The notes under the pieces were generated by a model. That model was not told where the DNA came from. It made no database searches and saw only the letters and a program-made list of their open reading frames with translations. A stretch of DNA of 61,326 nucleotides, filler included, from Squatina squatina (lineage: Eukaryota): NCBI GenBank assembly GCA_031763465.1. It is 4 parts of 4 records of this genome, joined end to end, with 100 filler letters (N's around TTAATTAATTAA, not from the genome) between each part and the next. Parts side by side here need not be neighbours in the genome. Positions count along the whole stretch, not along the records: positions 1 to 12,134 come from JARFOE010000013.1; positions 12,235 to 28,247 come from JARFOE010000115.1; 2 more parts are not named here. One strand, given 5' to 3'. The translations under genes were made by a program, and so were the position numbers. Below are positions 1-12,604 of the stretch, piece after piece (within the stretch, counting starts at the first letter, position 1; every line of letters begins with the position of its first letter).

Positions 1-738
1 TTGAAAATCCAGGTACTAATATAAAAAGGTGACCAAAATAAAAAAAACTTAACTTTAAGGACAATCATTTCCCTTTTCTTAATTTTCCTGTGTACTAATC
101 CAAAAGCTTTAAATTTTCACATGGCTAAAATTTGGCATTGTAATTTCAACACCGCCACTGCCATTATCAATGTACAGTGCAGGATCAGTGCTGCCACTGG
201 CAAGCTGGGATGCACAGCAATTCAACAATATAGCGTTACTGTTGGAGTCTATGGTGAAAGCTGAGAGGAATGCAGGCAATTAGAGAATTTACTGTAAATA
301 CACTACATTAAGATGAGGCACAATCATCACAGACTCTGCTCAACTTTCACAATCTCATCAGCATAGATTTTCCTCCACATCAAATTGCACACAAATTCTG
401 CAGTGATACAAATTAGAGAAACTACTCATTGTCACAATGGTCATGTGATAACGAGCACACAGTTTGCAAGGAACCTACTGTGATATGGAGGGCAGAAAAT
501 TCCTAATTTTCCCCCATCCCATAATTAACTCCCCTTCATGCAATGTGTTTCATTCAACCAACTATTACACACCACTGCACCACAAGTGTATCCAAAAACA
601 AGGAATTTTCTGCTTGGCTTTGGTAAAGTGCTGCTGCTGAGGCAAATACAATGTAGGTGTATTTGCCACTGATAAAAATCTGGGATGCATGGAGCCACAT
701 CTGCTTGAATTCTTTGGGCAAATGTATAATAGGTTTAA

Positions 739-834
739 CTACAGATGGGGCACATTGAGACGTCTGCAGAGCTTGCGCAGTTCTTCAGCATTAAGAGCAT
801 CGATCCTGCGATGGTACTCAGTCACTGATACTAC
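739..834 (-). CDS. Probable coding exon of an unidentified gene (VVSVTEYHRRIDALNAEELRKLCRRLNVPHL*)
   Basis: A pyrimidine-rich acceptor (tctctgtattcag) precedes 834. A phase-0 open frame with protein-like helical composition runs to TAG at 739-741. Gene not recognised. Confidence 0.55.
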   Translation of the reverse strand, partial: VVSVTEYHRRIDALNAEELRKLCRRLNVPHL

Positions 835-2204
835 CTGAATACAGAGACAGGANNNNNNNNNNNNNNNNNNNNNNNNNNNNNNNNNNNNNNNNNNNNNNNN
901 NNNNNNNNNNNNNNNNNNNNNNNNNNNNNNNNNNNNNNNNNNNNNNNNNNNNTTACACAAATTTAGGTTAGTGCATTTATTTTACAGAAATTTACAATTC
1001 ATATGAAAAGTACAAGATTTAGTGCAAAATACAGACTGGCACCGTTTATTCGCCTTATGTTCCGTAATTTATCTGGCAAACATTAGAGATTGGGTTTGTT
1101 GCAAATAGGTCTGTGGTTTGAAAAATCCTCACAACTACAGTTACAGTGAATGGTGAGCTAGAACGGTACGAAGTGTCTGTGTATGCACTAAAATAGATGC
1201 AAATTTTTTTTTAGTAGCATTTAAGTGTCACCTAGGATATTAATGTTATAATAATGCTGTCCAGCTACATTACCGTTGTTGCACTGCAGAAAGAAACTTT
1301 GAGGTGATCAGGCTCTGTATTAATGCAANNNNNNNNNNTTCTGAAAAATTATGGCAACAGAGGTACCCTCAGTGCTTTTCATCTCTTTATTGTGAAGAAT
1401 ATTTAAGCACTCTAATTAAGCCTTGTCAATGCAGATGTTTTGTTTAAGACATCTTGCTATTAGAAAATGCAAACCTGTGAAGTATATTAAATTGTGTTTT
1501 ACTCCTTAAATATCCAGAAGATTTTATGGAACTGTACTTTTATAGCAAAGTCCTATGTAAAATCAGTGTATCAATAACCTATAAATTGGTGTACCAATTT
1601 TGTTCAATCCATTTAATGATAATTGTTGCAGTGCATTGTACAGCTGACATGACTGAGGTGAGATCATGTTATTACAGAAACAAATTTGACTACTTGAACT
1701 TTACAGACCATTTCAAAAGCTGATGTTTGTAATCTTACTCATAAAATGCTCTGCGAACTGATTACTGTCTCCATGGTGACAAAACAGGACATGTCGTTAC
1801 ATAATGATCTCCACTGCTGCCAGCATCCAGCTCTCATTCGCAGCTTGAAATTCAGTGGGTAGCTCATTATTTGGGTCTGTTGAGTAATTTGTACAACTTG
1901 CCTCTCCTCACACATTAAAATGTGAAAGGAGTCTGATTACAGGGCATCTGGTATTGACATAACTGTGGGGGGTAAGGCACCTGTGGGTTTTTCATTACGT
2001 TCTTATTATTAACTAACTGTGTTGGGCCTCCTAGTGGACCCATTAGCAACAGATAGAAATCCTTTGCGGGCGATCTTTTGACGCTCTGCTGTGGAGGATA
2101 CTATAACCTTTGAATTTAGGTTTGCTTGAATGCATTCTTCGAATGAGAGATTAAACTTATTTGCCTGCTCAGGTGGAAAGCAAAAAATAAACTTGGATTT
2201 ATGT

Positions 2205-2372
2205 TGCGTCTTTAATGTAGGAAAACGTACCAAGGTGCTTCACAGAAGTGTAATCAGACAGAAATTGACACTGAGCTAATGGAACAGATATCATGGGAGG
2301 TGACTAAAAGCTTGGTCATGGAGGTAGATTTTAAAAAGGGTCTGGAAGGAAGAGTGAGAAGTGGAGCAGCAA
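2205..2372 (-). mobile_element. L2-type LINE 3' end fragment
   Basis: Shares its tail sequence with the copies at 17000-17650 and 33890-34175 (tttaatgtag..aaa..ccaaggtgcttcacag..gtaatcagaca..aattgacac..gaccaaaagcttggtc). Confidence 0.75.
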
Positions 2373-2680
2373 NNNNNNNNNNNNNNNNNNNNNNNNNNNN
2401 NNNNNNNNNNNNNNNNNNNNNNNNNNNNNNNNNNNNNNNNNNNNNNNNNNNNNNNNNNNNNNNNNNNNNNNNGAGGGCCAGCACCGGCTTCTCCATGGGG
2501 TCAGGTTATGCAGCCTCACGAGTCCCCCACAAGTAAGGTTCAACTGGCGCGGGTTGTGAGCCACCTTTTCCTGCAAGAGAAAGGGAGGTGTGTCACTGAG
2601 TGCGGTGCAATGTTTACTTTTTCTGTTACTCAAAGGATTCAGTAAATTGCATTGCTAATTGCGATGTACATTTGTAAACA

Positions 2681-3115
2681 GAAAGAGACTTGCATTTATA
2701 TAGCACCTTTCATGACCTCAGGACGACTCAAAGTACTTTACAGCCAATAAGTACTTTTGAACTGTAGTCATTGTTGTTATGTAGGAAACATGACAACCAG
2801 TTTGTACACAGCAAGATCCCACAAACAGCATCTGTTTTTTATTGAGGTTGATTTAGGGATAAATATTGACACTGGGAGAGCCCCCCTGCTCTTTGAAATA
2901 GTGCCTGGGGATCTTTTTCATCCACCTGAGAGAGCAGACAGGGCCTCAGTTTAACGTCTTATCCGATAGACGGCACCTCCAACAGCACAGTCCTCCCTCA
3001 GCACTGCACTGGAGTGTCATCTAGATTTTTGTGCTCAAGTCTCTGGATTGGGACTTGAACCCACCACCTTCAGGAACTCAGAGGCAAAGGTACTTCCCAC
3101 TGAGCCACAGTTGAC
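2681..3115 (-). mobile_element. Near full-length DeuSINE (SacSINE1-like)
   Basis: The reverse complement shows a tRNA-like head (tggctcagtggg...ggttcaagtccc), a Deu-like core (ggataagacgttaaactgaggccctgtctgctctctcaggtgga..aaaagatccc) and the tail aaaggtgctatataaatgcaagtc. Confidence 0.8.
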
Positions 3116-3948
3116 ACCGAACAATCAGAATATGAAGACCATGAATCTAAAACAAAATAAACCTGCAGCTGGTTCTGCAACTCTGAGCAATTACTCAAAA
3201 TAGTTCCTTTGTACCTTGCAGAGGCAAGCAAAGATCTAATGTGGTAGGAAGGATGTGATTGCTCACAATAAATGACTGTGATAATGGAGGTGTTCTTATT
3301 CTGCTGCATTGGAGAACAATAGCTATGGTACAGTACAATAGATCCTGACAAGATAATTAATGCAAATGTGNNNNNNNNNNAGTACAGAAAATGATTTAAG
3401 TCATGGCAACCATTTATCATGCCTTTCAGTGTCACCATGAGCAGCTGTTTCTAGCCCCTGTGGTCCCCTTCCGGAGTGGAGTGTAGTTACTACTATAATC
3501 CATTAGAAATTAACGGTAGAGCCCCTGTTCCTGACATTTATTTGCAGTGAAAATTGCCTTTTTGAAATGGGAAATAATAGCCCTGTTTGAGAATATGGTT
3601 TAAATGGCTGCTTGATGGTCAGTGCAGATTTGACATAGGCAGTGAAATAGAAAGTACTTGCCCTGTCAGGCAACTGAGAAAGCTTCCCATTTCACAAAAA
3701 TCAATGTTCCCACATTCTGTTGTGATAGCTTGTCTTAAGGAACCTTCTAAAGTCTTAGCAATGGAATATAATAACCATGTGAGCTATGCTACATCACTGA
3801 ACATTTTGGTGGGATCGAACACTCGCACTAAAATCTACAGGTAAGAAAATTAATATAAGAAAAGGAACTTATGCAATGAAAGTGCTGGTGTGTCTCAACA
3901 GAATCGCTGTACAAATAGTGTGCCTCATAGGTATTAGTGTGAGATATT

Positions 3949-4305
3949 GGAGGCCAAATTGCATTGTACAGCAACTTTTTTAAAGCTCTCCATGACCATC
4001 TAATGCTAAATGGTGTCCGAGATGCGCATGCACACTTCTGATGGGAAGGGCGCAGGGCGCCATCTTGGTAAAGGGGTTTGCATGCGCGCACCTAATGATC
4101 ACCATTAGCATGTAGCTCATGACATGAATCAGTTTGCAACGTTGACTTGACGCCAGCACTGCCATTTTCCAACTGCACAGCCAATGCTTTGCTTTAACAT
4201 CGCACAGCTGAACACGATGTTAAACGGAATTAAAGTTCCCCCCAGCAGCACCATTTAAAGGGATCATAAAGTACTGACAGGTTAGTTGCTGGATTGGGTA
4301 TTCTG
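3949..4305. mobile_element. Probable non-autonomous DNA transposon (Harbinger-MITE-like), truncated by gap
   Basis: Abrupt CpG-rich segment that starts ggaggccaaattgc, resembling other GGG..AAATT termini in the window. Confidence 0.4.
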
Positions 4306-6645
4306 NNNNNNNNNNNNNNNNNNNNNNNNNNNNNNNNNNNNNNNNNNNNNNNNNNNNNNNNNNNNNNNNNNNNNNNNNNNNNNNNNNNNNNNNNNNNNNN
4401 NNNNNGTGGGAGATAGTGGAACACCGTTTACGTGGTTTATCCAAGGTTTCTGTTGAACTTCCACTAAAGTTACAGTGGCCAGCTCCCGAAAAACTTCACA
4501 GTGGTTATTTTCATGAAGATGGTGAATGATTCTTTAAGTGTTGTATTTGGTTGCTTCAGTGCTTTCAATCTCTATCAAAGTAGAAGGAACTAACAGTAAG
4601 GGTAAGATAAGGAACAGTAAAGTCAATCAATTCTCATCATTACAGACTTACGGGGAGTAATAGAATAATCTGTTTTATTATGAGGATTCACCTTCTCAAT
4701 GTTTAAACTCCCTTGCTGACTGGGGTGGAGTTTCAGCCTGGACAAGGGAAATACTTTGTCATAATAGAGGGATCAAAGACCTGCAGCAACACAGTGATTT
4801 GTTTGTGGGCGTGATTAATCAATTATAAGTTATCCATCAGTGGAAATATCACATCATTTCCACATGAGGCTGGTGTCCTTCTTACCGCCCAGCCCCGGTA
4901 CATTGCAATGCCATCTTTATAATTTTTGGATGATATACAATTAGTTGTGCCACAACTTTCACAAAATGGCATCTCAAGATGCAGAGATTCAGAGGTCAGA
5001 GAAAAGATTCAGCTGTGAATGGAGAAATAAGCTAAAATGAAACTTTGGTTGTGCATATAATAATGGAATATATATATATAAGGGAAAGAAGGTGCTGTCC
5101 CTTCTTTTTTGCCCTTCTTTGGAGCTCCCATCTCTGTGTGTAATTCTTTCTTAACTTCTTGTTCACATCTTCATTATTCTTTTTCCTTCCAGTCTTGCTT
5201 TTCTTAAGCCTTCTGCATCACTCCATTTTGTGGTTCTTGATGGTCATTTTTTTAAACCACCCTCCAACCACCCCCCCGCCAATAATTTCTCTCTCCTTTG
5301 ACTGCAGCCCTTCCTTTAAATTTCCATTGCTCCGCCATTCAAAATCCTTCAATTTGAACCCTCTTTCATGAACTTTCTTTTACATGGAGTCTCCCCTGCA
5401 CATGAGTTCCAGTGCGTCCTCAACACACCAGTGTCTTCAGTGAGCAGAAACGCCCAGCTGCAGAGCATTCCTGTTTCAAAGTCTTACAGGGCTCAGCTGA
5501 CTTTGGGTGTTGACTGTCTCCATTTTGTTGGCAATCAACATCATCCGGAAAATGTCAAGTTTTCGGGAGGGGGCAGCCTGAGATCCAAACCGTTCCCGTT
5601 AGGTCAGAATGACAGATTGTTCATTTGCACGAGCCAATGTGAATTTACAGATGCATCAGAATAAAAGCTGTACTTGAGCCTTTTACAATTTAATGTCACC
5701 TTTTGAAGTAATTTGCAAACACAGATCCCTGCTGTGGCCTGGGTATGCTCCCTGAATGTTAGAGCCGTAAGTCCCAGCCGGCATTCTAAATAATGTTTGC
5801 AGCTATTGCACTATTTCAAATGCACATTNNNNNNNNNNCTGTAAAGTTCAAATCTATGTGCCTATTTATTTGCATATTTCTGTGGCTTTTTCCTGTGGAC
5901 ATAACTGTGAATTCAATTTATTCTGAAATGAAATAGTGAACATTTAATACTTTGTAGAAGCCAAGTCACTTAAGGGAATGTCAGCAGATAACCAGTGTGC
6001 TTATTAGGTCTGTGTGGGCGTTTGATAAATGTTTCTATTGGATTGCTAATGGAGTTGTATTATAAGTGAAACATTTATCACAAATCAAACAGCAGTTTCG
6101 CTGTAACCCTTTTAGTCTTTGTTTACAGCCACCAAATTAATTTTAACCACTTCGCGAACCCAATGCAAAGCTAAATATCATTTAATGCACTGACTATAAC
6201 AACTTACATTTATGTAGCACAGCTAATGTTGTACATGCCTCCAGTTGTATTATGCATTTGAACAAACACCAAATAAGATTGTAGACCAATGGCTGAAGGC
6301 AAAGTTGAGGAGCTAGGCTTTTGAAGGTGGGATGAGGGGTAGAAAGTGTTATGTACTAACTCTAAATATGTTCCAATAATAGGATATTACTTCACTAAGA
6401 GTAACACAATATAGACCAGCTCTCTAAGAATTAGAAAAAGGGCACCTGAGAACCGAATGGGCAGAAACAGAGAACATAGGTAATGCTCATTCAATTACAT
6501 ATTTGACGGGGCCAGTTGTTTCACTAATTGATAATCAGAGAATCTCATGATTGCCCTGGTTTAATCTGAAGAGAAGCCTTCTTTCTTTCTTTGTGATCTT
6601 CTCCCTTCAGGCTATAGCACAATATTTGAATGATTCTTCCTTTAA

Positions 6646-6748
6646 AAAAAATAGCAACAGAAAATGCAAAAAATACTCAGCAGGTCAGACAGCATCGTTG
6701 GAGAGAGAAACAGAGTTAATGTTTCAGATCGATGACCTTTCATCAGAT
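6646..6748. mobile_element. Penelope-like element terminal (pLTR-type) fragment
   Basis: aaatactcagcaggtcagacagcatc..ggagagagaaacagagttaatgtttcagatcgatgacctttcatcaga resembles the terminal repeat of shark Penelope-like elements (recalled). Confidence 0.55.
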
Positions 6749-7379
6749 GTGTAGGTCGATCGGTGCCGGTGGAATCTGCTTCGGCTGTGCCTAATGCAAC
6801 TCCACCTCACGGATCTCATGGGTCCGGGGATCCTGGGCTTATGTTTACGTACTCGTCGGAGAAACCCTTCAGTCAATGCAAACAACACCTATCTCAGGGT
6901 GAACCAAAAGATGTTTTATTATGTGTTGCCACAGATAAGACAAAATCAATGGTACAGAGCAGTTACAGTAATTCCATTTTAAACTATAGTTTGGCCGAGA
7001 CTAGTGAGGGTCGCGCTTCATGCTGCTGCGCTCACGTGTCTTGGGGTTTGGGCGTATGCTCACCAGAACTCGCAGTGCTGCGTCTTCCACTGGTCAGTCT
7101 GAAGCCCTGATGGTGACTGCTGGCCAGCTTGGGATCGTGGAGGCGACGGCATGGATGGAATCCGATGGCGTGGTTCAAGTGAGCCTGCTAGAGGCCGGTG
7201 GAGGTTTCCAGGTGCAACTTGAGGCGCGGCTGTGGTTGAACCCCGGTGATGACTCGCNNNNNNNNNNNNNNNNNNNNNNNNNNNNNNNNNNNNNNNNNNN
7301 NNNNNNNNNNNNNNNNNNNNNNNNNNNNNNNNNNNNNNNNNNNNNNNNNNNNNNNNNCCGACCCGCCCAGGCACAGAAG

Positions 7380-8660
7380 ATTCTGGCCAATGGCTTTGCT
7401 GTTCCCAATATTTAATTGGAGAAAATTTCTACTCATCCAGTGCAGGATGTCAGGCAAGGAGTCTGATAGAATGCAGATGGTGGAGGGTTCGAGAGAGGTG
7501 GAGGATAGGTATGATCAGCGTACATGTCGAAACTCATGTTGTGTCATTGGATAATGTCACCAAGGGGCAGCATATAGATGAGTAATGGAAGGGGGCCAAG
7601 AATAGATCCTTGGGAGACACCAGAGGTGAGGGTGCAGGATCGGGAAGAGCTGTTTTGGTACTGTGGCTGGGCAGAAATCTGATTGGAGGGATTCAAACAA
7701 GGAGTTCTGGGAAAGATGGGCACGAATTTGGGAGGTGACAACATGCTCAAGAACTTTGGAGAGGAAAGGGAGTTTGGAGATGGAGCAATAGTTTGCAAGG
7801 GCGGAGGGATTTAGGGTTGTTTTTTTGAGGAGAGGGGTGATGACAGCAGATTTGAAGGAAAGGGGGACAATACCTGAGGAGCAATAACAATATCCACTAA
7901 CATGGGAGCCAGGCAGGAAAGTTGGGTTGTCAGCAATTTAGTAAGAATAAAGTGGTGAGAGCAGGAGGTTGGTCTCATTGACAAGATGAGCTTTGAAAGG
8001 GCAAGAGGGGAGATAAGAGAGAAACTGGAGAAATATACAAAGTTAGGGTTAGGATAGGGGGAAAATGGAGAGGAAGTAAGGTCTGATGGGCTAGTGGTAG
8101 GGAGGGAATTGAAAGCAGAAGCAGTTGAACGGATGTTGCCGATCTTTTTAACAAAGAAGTCCATGAGCTCCTCACATTTATCATTGGAGGTAAGGGAGGA
8201 GGAGGAAGGGGAGGTTGTTTGACAGTGGTAAAGAAGAGAAGCCTGGTGATTTCTTTGACATCCTGGATGATCTTAGAATAATGGGCAGTTTTAGTGATGG
8301 AGAGCAGGACCTGATAGTGCTTTATATGATCTAGCCAAATCTGGTGATGGAGGATTAAACCAGTCATCCGCCATTCAAGTCTATGTCCTTTGGACTTAAG
8401 GGAGTGGGGATGAGGGAACGACTAGTGTAATGATTTTACTATGGACAATGGCATCAAAGGTGGTGGAGAAGCTGCACAGGTGTCATGGAGAATAGTAAGC
8501 CAAAGGCTAGGGAGTTGGGAATTAGAAAGCGCAGTGGTAAGGGACTTGAGGGAGAGTTTTTTTCTAGGAGAGTGGTTGATGATCCCTTTAAGTAGCACTG
8601 CTCGGGGGTCCTTGCAGCTGCTGAAAGCATGTTCAACTGTGTGAGGTTAAGATAGGGTGT
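7380..8660 (-). mobile_element. Degenerate L2-clade LINE ORF2 (linker and reverse transcriptase)
   Basis: Minus-strand fragments MDFFVKKIGNIRS..FSSFSLISP..LSKLILSMRPTSC and SGVSQGSILGPLPLLIYMLPLGDII, plus a degenerate YADD (MYADH). Many frameshifts and stops. Confidence 0.85.
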
Positions 8661-9178
8661 TCGCTCCAGCATTGAGGACGAAAATAGCTGCACTGGCATC
8701 AAATCAGCCTTGCACGCTGATTGGTGTCACAATCTGCCTACTCTACATACTACTGGTGCACTCTCCTAACAACCGCCCTACCACCCTCAGCAGGGCATCT
8801 GCCATGGCCCACAGCAGAAGTGTGCGCATATGGTGCGGACTCCATTTTTGACACAAAACAGAACCTGTAGCACCAAGAATAATCAGGCTCTACAGATCTG
8901 AATTTATAGCCCATGTCTCATTAAAGCATATGAGGCATCAATCAAAAAAATAGTTTTTAACTCAATACACATATCCTTATTCCCTCACAACAAAAGCAAC
9001 AGCAACATGTATTTATATTGCCCTTTTAATGTAGTAAAACATCCCAAGNNNNNNNNNNNNNNNNNNNNNNNNNNNNNNNNNNNNNNNNNNNNNNNNNNNN
9101 NNNNNNNNNNNNNNNNNNNNNNNNNNNNNNNNNNNNNNNNNNNNNNNNGTGCTATTGGACTCACTAAAGTCTGACCCA

Positions 9179-9202
9179 ATATATATATATATATATATAT
9201 AT
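9179..9202. repeat. (AT)n microsatellite
   Basis: Run of about 12 AT units. Confidence 0.95.
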
Positions 9203-9544
9203 TTGTCGATGAAGTCTGTCTGAATTTTGCAACCAGTTCCTAATGTAAAATGAGGCTATTTTTTGTGCAAAAGATAAAAAAAAATTAACATATAACAGTA
9301 AAGGATGTGGACTGTGGGGTTAATGTAATTTAACGCTCCTGATGCAGACCTTTGTGCGGCAGGAGCCCATAGAGGTCAGAGTCACAAATTGCATGTACAT
9401 TTCCACTGACTGAATTCCTGATGTGTGTTCTCATCATCAATCAAAAAATGATTGCAAACATATGTCACATAATCTGTGCTGTCCATATTGATTTGGCAAT
9501 TGCCTGAGGCTGATAACTTCCATCATCGCTATGTTGATTTGCAG

Positions 9545-9665
9545 GATTGACAAGCCAAAGGCCTTCTCACTGTTACTGCACGCTGCTGATATCAGCCATC
9601 CAGCTAAAACCTGGGACATTCATCATCGCTGGACCATGGCACTGTTGGAGGAATTCTTCAGACAG
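9545..9665 (+). CDS. PDE1: Ca2+/calmodulin-dependent cyclic nucleotide phosphodiesterase 1 (PDE1 family), catalytic-domain exon
   Basis: Splice sites ttgcag|G at 9545 and CAG|GTAAT at 9665. The 121-nt exon reads IDKPKAFSLLLHAADISHPAKTWDIHHRWTMALLEEFFRQ, the PDE1 HxADISHP...EEFFxQ signature. Closest to PDE1C by recall; paralogue uncertain. Not in the ORF track. Confidence 0.95.
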
Positions 9666-10003
9666 GTAATAACTTTACTCAGCTGAGATTACGAAGCATT
9701 AAATTCACCAACATTTGCTCTTAAGTTCTAATGTTACTGAGAGTGATTTTGATGTTTGCAGAAGAACCCTAAGGGTTGCTACTTTAACTGTTTCTAAATA
9801 TTGGATAGATTTAATGAGTTAAACACTCCTGACACAGAGATTCAGACACCAGCAGCGCTAGTTGGAATATTTTATTTGCAGGCTAGTAGCACGGAGGTTC
9901 GCAAACCTAGTGGTTAGTTTTGGTAGATTCCCAAAGCTTATTTATGCATTCACATGAGAAATTTTGTTGTTTGATTACAGTCCTTCATTTCATCTCATTC
10001 CAG

Positions 10004-10070
10004 GGTGACAAAGAGGCCGAACTGGGGCTTCCTTTCTCTCCGCTCTGTGATCGCAATTCAACCATGGTTC
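10004..10070 (+). CDS. PDE1: PDE1 next catalytic exon (truncated by gap)
   Basis: Acceptor cattccag|GGT after a 338-nt GT-AG intron; phase 0 agrees with the previous exon. Reads GDKEAELGLPFSPLCDRNSTMV. Confidence 0.95.
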
Positions 10071-11084
10071 NNNNNNNNNNNNNNNNNNNNNNNNNNNNNN
10101 NNNNNNNNNNNNNNNNNNNNNNNNNNNNNNNNNNNNNNNNNNNNNNNNNNNNNNNNNNNNNNNNNNNNNNAAATGCATTCCCCACTAGAAATCCCTCCCA
10201 TAATCAATTATTGTTTATCTTAACATTCTCAGCTAACTTATTACAGCCAATGCTGCCTCTAATGTTCTCCACATAACTTTCTTACATCCAGATTTCCTCA
10301 ACCTGAGAAACATAGTATTAACTTGTTGCTGCATTCCTTCCCTCTCAGCTCCTCTCACCCTGGACTGGAATAAGACACTGATAGGCATTTGTTTTTTTTC
10401 TCTTGCAGGGGCAGAAGTGCAGCCTGGCCCTGGAAACTAGTCCATCATGCTAGCTCAGCTTCTTCACTTGTTCTACAAGGACCAACCCACAGGGAAAGGC
10501 TTGAACAGTGTTTCAAGTGCTGACTCTTCCCATTGGCCAGTTTACAAAGGACTAAAAACTTTAGGCACTGGATCTCTTATTGGCTTATGTTCTTCATTTT
10601 CTGTTTTAAAATTACCTTTTTTTGCACAGCTGGAGAGGTTGAATATAAAAATAGTTCTTGAAGTTTTTATTTTTACAAATATAAGCCCCAGACCTCCTAT
10701 AATAAGAGCTGATGCTGTACAGCATCATCCTAATAGGGGGATCTGAAGCCTTACAAATGTATGCTCTAAAGCTGTATAACCGATATTTGTTGAAGGACTT
10801 CTTGCCACTACAGCACAAAAATGGAAGTACGGATGCCATCAAGTGACACGTTTATTATTTTGAATTGTGCTTTTTTTTGCATCCCACCCCTCAAACTTCA
10901 TTAAAGTGCAACTGTGTGTCAGCAGTAATGAGCTTCTACTGGAGCCTTTGTTCATCCAACAGCACCAACAACCTGCCACTGCTTTATGCAGTCAATGCAA
11001 TTTGATTCGCTCTATTGACTTTTGTGATTTTACTGAATCTTTCTGTAATCTGGTTGGTGTGCTCTCTTTGACGGTAAAACTGCT

Positions 11085-11690
11085 AACTACATATCCGCTC
11101 CATCACCAAGACAGTCTACTTCCACCTCCGATTCTGTTCCTGCCTCAGTTCATCTGCTGCTGAAACCCTCTTCCATGCCATTGTTACCTCTAGATTTGAC
11201 TATTCCAATTCTCTCCAGGCTGGCCTTCCATCTTCCACCCTACATAAACTTGAGCTCATCCAAAACTTTCCTGCCATTATCTGAACTTGAACCAAGTCCC
11301 ATTCACCCATCACCTCATGCTTGCTGATCTACATTGTCAGGCAACACTGCAATTTTAAAATTCTCATCATCTCTTCAAATCCCTCCATGGTTTCACCCCT
11401 CCCTATCTCTGTAACCTCCCCTGGCTCTTCAACCCTTTCAAATCTCTGTGCTCCTCCAATTCTGGCCTCTTGCGCTTCCTTGGTTTTAATCGCTCCGTCA
11501 TTCAGCTGCTGAGGCCTAAACCTTTCCGCCTCTCGACCTCTCTTTCCTCCTTTAAGACCTTTAAAACCTACCTTTTTGATTCAGCTTTTGGTCACCTATC
11601 CTAATATCTCCCTATGGGGCTCAGTGTCAAATTTTGTTTGATAACACTTCTGCAAAGCATCTTGGGGCATTTTATTATGTTAAATACACT
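11085..11690 (+). mobile_element. L2 LINE 3' portion with tail
   Basis: Contains gctgctgaaaccctc..ccatgcc..gttacctctagatttgactattccaa (SRxDYSN-type C-terminal region). The 3' UTR is the reverse complement of the copies at 2205, 17000 and 33890. Confidence 0.85.
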
Positions 11691-12134
11691 CTGCAGGTTG
11701 TTGTTCATACACATTGTTTTCTAGAGACACCACACTTCCATTAATTCTGTCAGATGCAGTGCCAAATCTATTATTTATTTCAACATTATCTATATTACAG
11801 CAGTGGAGGATTACATTAATTTCCACATTTCCAATTTTACAAAACTTTGAAATAACTATGGCGATTACAATGTGTTGAACTTTGTCCAATAGTAATTACA
11901 GACACTTTTCAACTAAATAGGCTTGAAAAAATATTTTATTTATATCTGAACCAGCAGCCAGGAATAAATCAATGTTAAATGAACAGTTTGGCACATTGCA
12001 CACCCTAATCTGTCACTGGCATGGTCACCCCAGATCATGCTATGTGAAACATAATTCAGCCGAATCATTGATTCAGTTGAAACATTGCCATATTAGTAAG
12101 TGCCTGAGTTGTACATGTTGATTTATGTGACTTC

Positions 12135-12234
12135 NNNNNNNNNNNNNNNNNNNNNNNNNNNNNNNNNNNNNNNNNNNNTTAATTAATTAANNNNNNNNNN
12201 NNNNNNNNNNNNNNNNNNNNNNNNNNNNNNNNNN
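12135..12234. other. Artificial scaffold-join linker (N44-TTAATTAATTAA-N44)
   Basis: A 12-mer with stop codons in all six frames, flanked by 44 N on each side. Identical at 28248 and 48699. Confidence 0.95.
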
Positions 12235-12304
12235 GAAAATTTTCTAAGAGTCCCATTTCCAGCGCTTAGCGCTAGAAATGCCCAAAACACGAATTGGCCG
12301 CCCT
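12235..12304 (-). mobile_element. Harbinger-family terminus
   Basis: The reverse complement gagggcggccaattcgtgttttggg matches the element end at 23293 (gggggtggccaattcgtcctttt). Confidence 0.65.
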
Positions 12305-12604
12305 CAATATCTTGGGGAAGAAACTTCATAGAACCAGTAATGCTTGCAACAGGTAGAACTCTCATTTGCCCCTTTCACCCATTTGGCCTTATCCCAAATC
12401 CCAGGGACTGGGGTCATTTAAGTGATTGAGTTATTTGCAAATGTTGGAATGGACCACTGCTGATTCAAAAAGAGGAGCCTTAGGCCTGGATCAGAATGAA
12501 GAAGGCCAGAAATGTTCGATGAGCCCTGTATAGCCCCTTTTGCAATAGCAAGTGATCCATCTGGGATTGGTCGCCGTTTGTCTTTGTAGGTTAAAGTCCC
12601 AGAT

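Noticed and set aside
12179-12190. TTAATTAATTAA as PacI sites or piggyBac TTAA target sites
   Set aside because: It is always centred between two 44-N runs, so it is a synthetic six-frame-stop linker.
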